A stretch of 58,128 nt of DNA, taken from the NCBI GenBank assembly GCA_039933555.1, contig JBDTNV010000003.1, forward strand, positions 1 to 58,128, in the 5' to 3' direction. A model generated the notes under the pieces. The model worked only from the letters and a program-made list of their open reading frames with translations, was not told the DNA's origin and made no database searches. The position numbers and the translations under genes are program-made. Numbering within the stretch: the first letter of the stretch is position 1; every line of letters starts with the position of its first letter. Positions 26,904 through 35,021 of this stretch are shown piece by piece. This DNA comes from Ignavibacteria bacterium. GTDB lineage: Bacteria > Bacteroidota > Ignavibacteria > Tepidaquicellales > OLB5.

Positions 26904-27431
26904 ATGAAAAATCCTGCATTAAAATTATTAATACTGCTCTCAGCGGTAATATTTTTGTCATGCGGTAAAGAAAAAAAACCCGAATTTACTGATGATGATA
27001 TAGGTTCAAAAACGGATAGTCATCTCAGGAAAGAAGATTCAAATAAGGATATTAAGCAGGAAAGTTCAATTGATTCAGTAAAACATAATACTGAAAACAA
27101 ATCAGATAAAACGAGCGGAAGTAATTTTTACAATGAAAAACCCGTTGCCGTTATTTCACCACTTGAAGCAGGCGATTATAATGGCAAAACGGTTACTGTA
27201 AAAGGATTTGTTGCTGATGTGTATCAGTCAGATAAAGTTGCATACCTGAATTTTGTTGAAAAATTTCCTAAGAATCCTTTTACGGCAGTTATTTTTGCCA
27301 GCAAGTTCAGTGACTTCCCCGATATTGCGAAATACAGGAATAAAGATGTGGAAGTTACCGGGAGGGTTTCTATGTATAGAGAAAAGGCACAGATCATACT
27401 GAATAACCCGAAACAGATCATTGTGAAGTAA
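26904..27431 (+). CDS. hypothetical lipoprotein, possible OB-fold C-terminal domain
   Basis: Lipobox AVIFLSC. Low-complexity linker. C-terminal KTVTVKGFVADVYQSDKVAYLNF..VEVTGRVSMYREKAQI is reminiscent of tRNA_anti-like OB folds. Confidence 0.6.
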   Translation: MKNPALKLLILLSAVIFLSCGKEKKPEFTDDDIGSKTDSHLRKEDSNKDIKQESSIDSVKHNTENKSDKTSGSNFYNEKPVAVISPLEAGDYNGKTVTVKGFVADVYQSDKVAYLNFVEKFPKNPFTAVIFASKFSDFPDIAKYRNKDVEVTGRVSMYREKAQIILNNPKQIIVK

Positions 27432-27458
27432 TTCCATCATGAAAATGTCAGTTAAGCA

Positions 27459-27971
27459 TTGAAATATACCGGGATAATATTTTTGTTTCTTTTGATACTT
27501 GTTGGATGTAAAAAACATGCGCTCAACTCGTTCTTAGAAGGTGAGTGGAATGATATAAGTAATGAAACTATTCCGGGAGGCTTTAGATATACTCTGAATT
27601 TCAAGGGGAATACTTTTTTTGTAAAGAAGTTCACTTACTCTGATGTTTATATATCAAATTGCAACCAGACACCCTTTCAATATGATTATTACGCCGGATA
27701 TTTTGATATTAATCAGGATAGCTTGTTCTTAAAAGGGACAATTGTTAAGAGTACGAATTTAGATTCTGCAAAAACCGAACAAATCCTGCCGGATTGCAAT
27801 AATACTTATGGAATGGAATATAACCATGTTTATAGATTTAAAATGTATAACGATACTCTAAGCTTATTTCCAAGGGATGAGTATTATCTCGGAAATACTG
27901 AATTTGATAAAAATGATAGTATTACCAAAAAATTTGTAGAGAAGTTAACCATTTATTTGAAGAGGAATTAA
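27459..27971 (+). CDS. hypothetical lipoprotein
   Basis: TTG start. Lipobox FLLILVGC. 170 aa. Confidence 0.5.
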   Translation: MKYTGIIFLFLLILVGCKKHALNSFLEGEWNDISNETIPGGFRYTLNFKGNTFFVKKFTYSDVYISNCNQTPFQYDYYAGYFDINQDSLFLKGTIVKSTNLDSAKTEQILPDCNNTYGMEYNHVYRFKMYNDTLSLFPRDEYYLGNTEFDKNDSITKKFVEKLTIYLKRN

Positions 27972-27987
27972 TAGTAAAGTTCTAAAT

Positions 27988-29508
27988 TTATATATCCTTA
28001 AATTTTTCATAAGCATCAATAAGAACGCCTGCCTTTAAAGCTCCAAGAACATCATCTACATATTTTTGCTGGCGCATACCAACAAGAGTGCAGCTTACTT
28101 CCTTTAGTGAGCTTACAAACAGAATAGCTTTCTGCGAAAGAGTGAGATCTTTAAAGCTATCCGCCTGCGAAGACTCTACGGCAGTATTAAGCCGTACATG
28201 AAGATCTTTGGAGCTGATATTTGAAAGCAGCCCATACAGGCTATCGATAATGTTCATAAGCTTGTTTATCTGACGCGCGATCTTATCAAGCTTATCCTTC
28301 ATTTCGTCGGTAAGTTTAGCAGTGGTTATTAATGTACTAAGTGCGAAATTCACCCTGGGTATGAGGAACTGTTTTTTTATATCATTAAAGCTTTCAATTG
28401 ATCCGAAGCTTTTCCAGTTTTCCTTTAATAATTGACCGGCTTTCAGAAAATAACTTACAGCTTCTTTATTTTCTTTTGTGAGGTCCAATTGCTCAAGGTA
28501 GTCACGGGTAAATTCCTCCTCCATCAGGTCAAGCAGGTTAATTTCAGCAATTATCTGTGTTTCATCAAGCTTTGCAAGTTCATCTTTTACAGGGAAATCA
28601 GCCAGCCTCGTCAGACCGTTTTCTCCCAGCGCATTCAGCGGGCGGTTTACAAGCACGCCAAGCTCTGATTCAAATGCATATTCAAGCACGTTAAATGTAT
28701 CTCCAACCTGGTTCTTGTTTAGCAAAGCGCCTTTTTCATAAAGGTTTAAGGGAAGCTCGATAACGTAGAAATTATTTTCTTCACTGATCTGGTTTGCGGC
28801 ATCAACACAATTCTTAAGTGATGTAAATACAAAATCCTCCGATGGCTTAACGAATGAGTTTGATGAAATACCATAGTAGCTTATTCTTCCGGCTTTTACT
28901 TCCTCTTCAAGATATGCGAATGCTTTTTTGATCCGGATATAATATTCGTGCCTTAGTTCATCGAGCTCAAGATCTTTTGCCAATGGTGAATCAAGGAAGT
29001 ATTCAGGATTATGCAGCAGATATACATCAATGGTCTCAAGTTTCATTCGCTCAAGCGATAGTGTTATCTGGTCTTTTAGAAAATCAGGGTGTATACAATG
29101 CCAAATGGTTTCAGCATACTCGGTGACTTCCTTATATCCAACGCCATCTTCCTTCATTTTTTTTGCTGCCGTAAGATTTTTACCCTGTAAGTACCCGCCT
29201 TTTGAAACGATTACGATTTCCTCGCGGAGTATCTTACCCTGCTCAATCATCTCAGCCAGTACATTACCAATTAATATTTCGCTCCCGCCATCTGAATAGT
29301 TTGCAGAGGTATCAATAAGATTAATGCCGTTTGATATTGCATATTCCAGTGATTCAAAATGCTCCCTTACGCGGTAATCGACCCTGTAAGCGCCAAAGCC
29401 GCAGGCTGAAACATGAAGCCCGGTTTTGCCAAGCGGTTTATATAGCAGTTCAGGGAATTTTTCAGTGAAATCTTTTGTATTTTCCGCAAGTGCGCGTGAT
29501 TTGATCAT
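27988..29508 (-). CDS. aldo/keto reductase with ~200-aa helical C-terminal extension
   Basis: GKTGLHVSACGFGAYRV, INLIDTSANYSDGGSE, IDVYLLHNPE. 506 aa. Confidence 0.8.
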   Translation of the reverse strand: MIKSRALAENTKDFTEKFPELLYKPLGKTGLHVSACGFGAYRVDYRVREHFESLEYAISNGINLIDTSANYSDGGSEILIGNVLAEMIEQGKILREEIVIVSKGGYLQGKNLTAAKKMKEDGVGYKEVTEYAETIWHCIHPDFLKDQITLSLERMKLETIDVYLLHNPEYFLDSPLAKDLELDELRHEYYIRIKKAFAYLEEEVKAGRISYYGISSNSFVKPSEDFVFTSLKNCVDAANQISEENNFYVIELPLNLYEKGALLNKNQVGDTFNVLEYAFESELGVLVNRPLNALGENGLTRLADFPVKDELAKLDETQIIAEINLLDLMEEEFTRDYLEQLDLTKENKEAVSYFLKAGQLLKENWKSFGSIESFNDIKKQFLIPRVNFALSTLITTAKLTDEMKDKLDKIARQINKLMNIIDSLYGLLSNISSKDLHVRLNTAVESSQADSFKDLTLSQKAILFVSSLKEVSCTLVGMRQQKYVDDVLGALKAGVLIDAYEKFKDI

Positions 29509-29601
29509 ATATTGCGTTAAAATTTTATGGAATTACAAAAATATTAAATAATATCAATATATGTAATTCAAAAATCTATTTTTGTATTACTTATCCTTGT
29601 C

Positions 29602-29714
29602 ATTCCTGCGCCATGCCTGCGGCAGGCAGGAAGGCAGGAATCTTGTTTTTGAATGGGGGCTAAAGCCCATTTGTATGGCTGCATAATTGCCACGACCTAA
29701 AGGTCGTGGCAATT
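29602..29714. repeat. cluster of three GC-rich hairpins (REP-like)
   Basis: (1) ATTCCTGC..cggcaggcagg..GCAGGAAT, 29602-29641. (2) atggGGGC-taaa-GCCCat, 29653-29671. (3) perfect 13-bp stem AATTGCCACGACC-taaa-GGTCGTGGCAATT, 29685-29714. Confidence 0.7.
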
Positions 29715-29774
29715 AAGAAAAAGATATTTTATAAGTTATTCTGTACTAATTTTTGTTATAGATCAATAACAAAT

Positions 29775-30464
29775 TTATTCAGCAATAATTTTGTATGGAG
29801 GGTGCTCTAAAATTGCAGGTGCGGAATTTTCATTCGCTATTTTAATAGTCAAAGGATATATATTGCAGGGTTTTTCCGTGGGATACCAGTTTCGGTGAGT
29901 TGTTACAACGATAAATAATCCGTTTTGGTCACCGATTGCTGAAAAAGTATCTAAGTTGCCTGACCATAGATTTTGTCCAAATTTTTCAGATAACTTATCA
30001 TGAATAGCTTTCACGTCTTCTACAGGCATACCAATTTCGCTGATATTCAAAAAACTTTTACCTGAAAATGGCTCTGTAGTTGAATTATCAAGGTCATGCC
30101 TTGCAATTAGCTCGACTATATTTCCCGCAGGGTCATAAAAGTAAACTGAGTGCGCATTCCAGTTGGGAAAATCTATTAACGGTGAGTCGTCACTTTCAAT
30201 TAAACTTACTTTTGGCTTAAGCCACTCAATTGCTTCGTTAATTTGATTCTCAGGAATGTTAATTGCGAAATGATAATAAGGAGTTGTATTTTTATCTTGA
30301 ATAAAAACAAGGTCGGTAGTGCCGACCTTTATTTTGATTTTTGAAATGTCTAATTCAGAAACTGTTAATCCTAATACATCAGAATAAAATGTTCTTAAAT
30401 CCTTAATTGAATTTGCAAAAAGTTGTAGTTCAATGATTTCCATTTTTTCATTAATCTTCAGCAA
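29775..30464 (-). CDS. VOC (glyoxalase/bleomycin-resistance/dioxygenase) family protein, two-domain
   Basis: IELQLFANSIKDLRTFYSDVLGL, YHFAINIPE, HSVYFYDPAGNIVELI. Confidence 0.7.
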   Translation of the reverse strand: MLKINEKMEIIELQLFANSIKDLRTFYSDVLGLTVSELDISKIKIKVGTTDLVFIQDKNTTPYYHFAINIPENQINEAIEWLKPKVSLIESDDSPLIDFPNWNAHSVYFYDPAGNIVELIARHDLDNSTTEPFSGKSFLNISEIGMPVEDVKAIHDKLSEKFGQNLWSGNLDTFSAIGDQNGLFIVVTTHRNWYPTEKPCNIYPLTIKIANENSAPAILEHPPYKIIAE

Positions 30465-32355
30465 TTACGATAAGCTTGTCTTTATCTGTGAATGTGATCA
30501 TATCGGATTTTTTAGGATTTACAACAACGCCGTAAGCTTTATTAACATTATGTGAAAATTCATTAAGCCTGAAACCAATTGCAATTTCACCTTTTCGTGC
30601 TGCTGATTCACATAAAGTATAAAAATTAACAGGTGCCGCGGTCTTTATATAATCAGTTACAGGCTTTACATAAATTTCAGAGCCTTCTGCGTCAAACAGG
30701 TCATCAAATACCGCTTTAAGCTCTTTGTTTTCAGAAAGCTGTGACATCATTAAGCTGATTAGCTTATTGCTGATTATGAAATCATCTGCTTCTGTTACTT
30801 CGGCGAGCTCTTTATTGCGGATATCCATCATTTCGCTTACAATCGTGAAATCATGCCCTGTCTTTTCTTCAATATTACGTAAATGGAGAAGTGTTATAAG
30901 TGATTTTGAATCAGCTTCCTGCTCAGGCATTGTATCTGAATAACACAAAAGTATGATATGATTAAACCTTTCAAGCTTCAATGAATCAAGCATTGCCCTA
31001 TCACTGATATTACCTTCTATGAACTCAGTTTTTTGTTTAAGCAATGTCGGCTTAAGTTCATTTATCTGGGATTCAACTTTATCACCCTCGGCTGCAATTG
31101 TTAAAGTTGAGCCTTCTGCCAGATAATTATCAAGCTCTCTTGCAATATTACATGCTTTACAGTTCCAGCCAAGTATGAGTGTATGCTCAATATCAGCTTT
31201 CTTTTCGCTCCCTGTAGAAATTGCGCCGGCATTAATATCAGGATTTGCTGTGCCGTTTAACTTAATAGTATCGTCATCTTTCGATATTGCTACAACCTTA
31301 TCACCGCTCGCTATTTTTGTATCCATAGGCGGATTGACTTTGATGACACCATCTTTAAATCTGATTCCTATTATCGCAGAATCTTCATAGCTCATTACTG
31401 CATCTTTCAAAGTCCTGCCTGTAAGCGCTGGTTCTTCCTGAAAATATATTTCGTCACCGTCAAAATCAAGAAGCTCTGTATAGACAATGCTTAAGCCTGA
31501 CTGCCTGCATGACTGCGCGATTACTCTTGAGATAAGGTCTTCGGTGTGAACAAGCGTTACTTCTCCTGATGCTATCATTTCTGCCACTTCCTTGTTCTTA
31601 TGGTCGCTTATTTCCGCAACTATATGGTATGGTTCAGGCCTTCTTTTTGAATTATTTGTTAATGCAAGAATTGTTTTAATAACACTAATATCAGGGTCGC
31701 TGCCTTCAGGTGATAATATAATTATAGAACGTGAGTCATGCGGATTTACAATTTCAAGATCATTAATATCAATTGTGCTTCCGCTCCGGCATATAACACG
31801 GGTATTTTTTGTATCCGGAATTTTTGATTTAACTTCATCTTCCATTTCAACTTTATCCCTGTGCCCTAAGATTACAATAACGGGATTCTTCTGATTCTCG
31901 TTTGCGATCAGAAGTTCTGAAATTATCGGGAAGATCTTTTCTGACCATCCTAAAATCAAAGTATGGCCTTTTTCTACAACAAATGAATGACCTTTGCGCA
32001 GCTCATCAAGTTTGTTAGATATACCTGATGCAAGTACACCTATCAAGGTCGAAACAATGAAGATACCGCCAAGTGTTACGCAAAGCATTATGATCCTGAA
32101 TCCCCAACCGGTATCTCCGCCCATTGTGCCGGGGTCCAGTGTACGCATTAAACTTTCCCAGGCTGCTTCAATAAATCCAAGCGCTTCGCCGTCATCCTGC
32201 TGCACTCCTGTAAAAGCCAAAACTATGCCTGCAATTGAAACAAGCATTAAAGATAAAATTCCAAGCCATCCTATCAATGCAATGGTACCTTTTGACATAA
32301 GGTTATCGAAGCGATATCTCATTTTCTGGCTAAAAGATATATTATGTACACTCAT
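30451..32355 (-). CDS. CASTOR/POLLUX-related putative ion channel (2 TM + pore, two RCK/TrkA-N-like modules)
   Basis: N-terminal TM pair flanking MRTLDPGTMGGDTGWGFR. Duplicated HTLILGW(S/N).. Rossmann-like starts. 634 aa. 14-nt overlap with the VOC gene. Confidence 0.6.
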   Translation of the reverse strand: MSVHNISFSQKMRYRFDNLMSKGTIALIGWLGILSLMLVSIAGIVLAFTGVQQDDGEALGFIEAAWESLMRTLDPGTMGGDTGWGFRIIMLCVTLGGIFIVSTLIGVLASGISNKLDELRKGHSFVVEKGHTLILGWSEKIFPIISELLIANENQKNPVIVILGHRDKVEMEDEVKSKIPDTKNTRVICRSGSTIDINDLEIVNPHDSRSIIILSPEGSDPDISVIKTILALTNNSKRRPEPYHIVAEISDHKNKEVAEMIASGEVTLVHTEDLISRVIAQSCRQSGLSIVYTELLDFDGDEIYFQEEPALTGRTLKDAVMSYEDSAIIGIRFKDGVIKVNPPMDTKIASGDKVVAISKDDDTIKLNGTANPDINAGAISTGSEKKADIEHTLILGWNCKACNIARELDNYLAEGSTLTIAAEGDKVESQINELKPTLLKQKTEFIEGNISDRAMLDSLKLERFNHIILLCYSDTMPEQEADSKSLITLLHLRNIEEKTGHDFTIVSEMMDIRNKELAEVTEADDFIISNKLISLMMSQLSENKELKAVFDDLFDAEGSEIYVKPVTDYIKTAAPVNFYTLCESAARKGEIAIGFRLNEFSHNVNKAYGVVVNPKKSDMITFTDKDKLIVIAED

Positions 32356-32371
32356 TATATTATGTATAGTA

Positions 32372-32752
32372 TTATTTAACTTTTATATCTGCACCCTGCG
32401 GCAGGTTATTGAATTGTTTTATCTTTGGTTCTTTCAAAATATTTTTCGGGTCAGCATCACCATAAATAAAATGGTCACCCTTAGCCGCTGTCCACGATAA
32501 AGAAACAGTAAAGCTGTCTCCGGATGCAACATCATTTCTTACGCCGTAACCAATGATCTTTTTATTTTTTACTATTTGCCAGGGTATGCCTTTTAAGGCT
32601 TTTTCAGAAACATTTTTTATTGTCATTCTGACAGTTACCTTTTCACCTTTTTTGGGCTCAAGAGGTGAAACCGAAAACTTTGTAACACTCACCTTATCAT
32701 CTTTTTTGCTCTGGGTGGTATTTATCTTTCTTAAACTTAGTTTTTTCTTCAT
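32372..32752 (-). CDS. hypothetical CARDB-like domain protein
   Basis: KGEKVTVRMTIKNVSEKALKG..SGDSFTVSLSWTAAKGDH resembles CARDB. No obvious signal peptide. Confidence 0.5.
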   Translation of the reverse strand: MKKKLSLRKINTTQSKKDDKVSVTKFSVSPLEPKKGEKVTVRMTIKNVSEKALKGIPWQIVKNKKIIGYGVRNDVASGDSFTVSLSWTAAKGDHFIYGDADPKNILKEPKIKQFNNLPQGADIKVK

Positions 32753-32943
32753 TTTTGCGTATAATTTCAGTTAAAAATTATTAAATTTCACAATTTTATA
32801 AGGATATTTATGCAAAATCAACCCTTTTAGTAAAATGGCAGATTTCGTTAATATTTGGCTGTCTATTATCTTGAATTAATAGAAATGAATGTTTATTTTT
32901 AGTAAATATATAGTAAATCCACAATTAAATAAATTATAAAAAA

Positions 32944-34791
32944 ATGAAAAAGTTATTTACTTTTTTAGCATTCGTGTTACTTCTGGCAAATACATTTTAT
33001 GCCGGTGACAGAATGGTATTAATAGAACGATTCACAAGCTGGACTTGCGGACCGTGTGCATCCAACAATCCGACGATGGAAGCATTTATCAATTCAGTTG
33101 ATGTTGATAAAATTGTAGGTATTGCATACCATATGAACTGGCCGGCACCGGGTAATGACGGATACTATGTATATAATCCGGGTGATAACAATGCCAGGAG
33201 AACTTATTATGGTATTAATGCAATTCCCCAGGCACAGATGGACGGACTGCTGAATATTCAGTCACCATATACAAACGGGGGGTTAACAGGTATGTTTAAC
33301 TCAAGAACCAATTTATTAAGCCCTATTACTATAATATTGACAGATAGCACATTTGGAGACAGTATCAGGGTAACAGCAAGAATATACGGTGAAATTTATA
33401 TGAGCAATCCAAATGTGAATGTACATATTTCAATGCAGGAAAGGCACAATCATTTTAATTCTCCCCCCGGAACAAATGGTGAAACAGATTTTTATGATGT
33501 GATGAGAAGAATGAATAGTAACGGCGCCGGTCAGAATGTTGCGCTATTCCCGGGCCAGACGGTCATTGTTGCGAAGACATTCTACAAAGATCCATCCTGG
33601 AACCCTGCTCAGTTGATGCCAATTGCATTTGTTCAACAGGGCATGGAAATTTTGAATGCAGCAAAGAAAACAAATAATTTTACGATAGTCCCAAACAGCC
33701 CGTATAAATCAGTTCAGCAGGGACAGTCACAATCAGCAACTTACCAGGTTCAGATTCCCGTAGTAGTAACGGGATATAATTCAAATATAACTTTAACTTC
33801 AGAAGTTGATCCGCCGAATGCAGGCGTTACAGTTTCATTCCCGGGCGGAAACACAATAAGCTCATTCCCTGCAAATTTTGATGTGCAGGTTAATTCAAAT
33901 GCCTCGGTTCCAACAGGCGCATATAGGATCATAGTAACGGCCACAAATACAAACAACAAAGTTCACAAAACATCTATGTCATATCTTGTTGGAAAGAACT
34001 TCATTATTGTGAATTCAAACAGGCCAACACTTCAGGTTGCTGTTGACGGTCAGACATTCCTGAATATGGCGGCATTTAACTGGGATCTTAGCTCAACACA
34101 TACATTATCTGCAGTTTCTCCGCAAACATTTGGCTCAACAAGATATGTGTTTCAGAACTGGAGTGATTCAGGTGATTCAAGCCATACTATAAATACAGGC
34201 ACTGTAACAACAAATTATACTGTAAACTACAAAACACAATTTAAGTTAATAACATCTATTACACCGGGTGGAATGCCTGTCACAGTTTCAGGCGGAAATC
34301 TGTTCTATGATTCGTCATCAACAGTTAGCTTTACTGTTACACCACTATCAGTAGTTTATAACAACTTAACATACTATTTCCAGAGATGGAACGGTACAGG
34401 TAACGGTTCGTATTCAGGAACAAATCCTAATCCGACTATTCAGAACATGAATAATGTAATTGTTCAGTCTGCCGTTTTTGATACAATTGTACCTTTCGGT
34501 ATACAGAACCTGAATACAGGCGTTCCGCAGGTCTACCAGCTGCATCAGAACTTCCCCAATCCGTTTAACCCGGTAACGAAGATAAAATTTGATATCCCAA
34601 AACAATCTAATGTTAAGATAAGGATATATGATGTTATTGGTAACGAAGTAGCAAAGTTATATGACGGTGAAATGAGCGCTGGATTTTATGAAGCTGATTT
34701 TAACGCTTCAAGCTATGCATCCGGAGTTTATTTCTACAGAATTGATGCAGGAAGCTACTCAAGCGTTAAACGTATGGTACTTGTTAAATAA
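32944..34791 (+). CDS. T9SS cargo: Omp28-like thioredoxin-fold N-domain (CGPC) + Ig-like middle domains + T9SS CTD
   Basis: Signal peptide. MVLIERFTSWTCGPCASNNP. PPGTNGETDFYDVMRR is shared with 43242. CTD LHQNFPNPFNPVTKIKF..GVYFYRI..KRMVLVK*. Confidence 0.8.
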   Translation: MKKLFTFLAFVLLLANTFYAGDRMVLIERFTSWTCGPCASNNPTMEAFINSVDVDKIVGIAYHMNWPAPGNDGYYVYNPGDNNARRTYYGINAIPQAQMDGLLNIQSPYTNGGLTGMFNSRTNLLSPITIILTDSTFGDSIRVTARIYGEIYMSNPNVNVHISMQERHNHFNSPPGTNGETDFYDVMRRMNSNGAGQNVALFPGQTVIVAKTFYKDPSWNPAQLMPIAFVQQGMEILNAAKKTNNFTIVPNSPYKSVQQGQSQSATYQVQIPVVVTGYNSNITLTSEVDPPNAGVTVSFPGGNTISSFPANFDVQVNSNASVPTGAYRIIVTATNTNNKVHKTSMSYLVGKNFIIVNSNRPTLQVAVDGQTFLNMAAFNWDLSSTHTLSAVSPQTFGSTRYVFQNWSDSGDSSHTINTGTVTTNYTVNYKTQFKLITSITPGGMPVTVSGGNLFYDSSSTVSFTVTPLSVVYNNLTYYFQRWNGTGNGSYSGTNPNPTIQNMNNVIVQSAVFDTIVPFGIQNLNTGVPQVYQLHQNFPNPFNPVTKIKFDIPKQSNVKIRIYDVIGNEVAKLYDGEMSAGFYEADFNASSYASGVYFYRIDAGSYSSVKRMVLVK

Positions 34792-34838
34792 CGCAGTTAT
34801 TTAAACTTGTTTTCCTGGCTCGTTTTTGAGCTAAAGTA
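34789..34838 (+). repeat. post-stop conserved element, copy A
   Basis: TAAcgcagttatttaaacttgttttcctggctcgtttttgagctaaag, beginning with the stop codon of 32944..34791. Confidence 0.8.
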
Positions 34839-34863
34839 AAATAGTATAAATTATTAAGAGTAA

Positions 34864-34899
34864 CAAAAAAAGGCGTTCATATTATGAACGCCTTTTTTA
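34864..34899. terminator. bidirectional rho-independent terminator between convergent genes
   Basis: aaaaaaAGGCGTTCAT-att-ATGAACGCCTtttttt. A-run upstream and T-run downstream. Confidence 0.8.
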
Positions 34900-34968
34900 T
34901 ATGGTTTAAAAATTATTTTACCTACCCTCTTTATGGCGTAATAAAAAAATAACAGCGCCATTTTTTTA

Positions 34969-35021
34969 ACCTTAGCTAAAAAAACGAGCCAGAAAAACAG
35001 GGCGGCAAACTAACTCAGTTA
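34969..35021 (-). repeat. post-stop conserved element, copy B (minus strand)
   Basis: The reverse complement reads TAActgagttagtttgccgccctgtttttctggctcgtttttttagctaagg, starting at the stop of 35019..37385. Confidence 0.8.
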
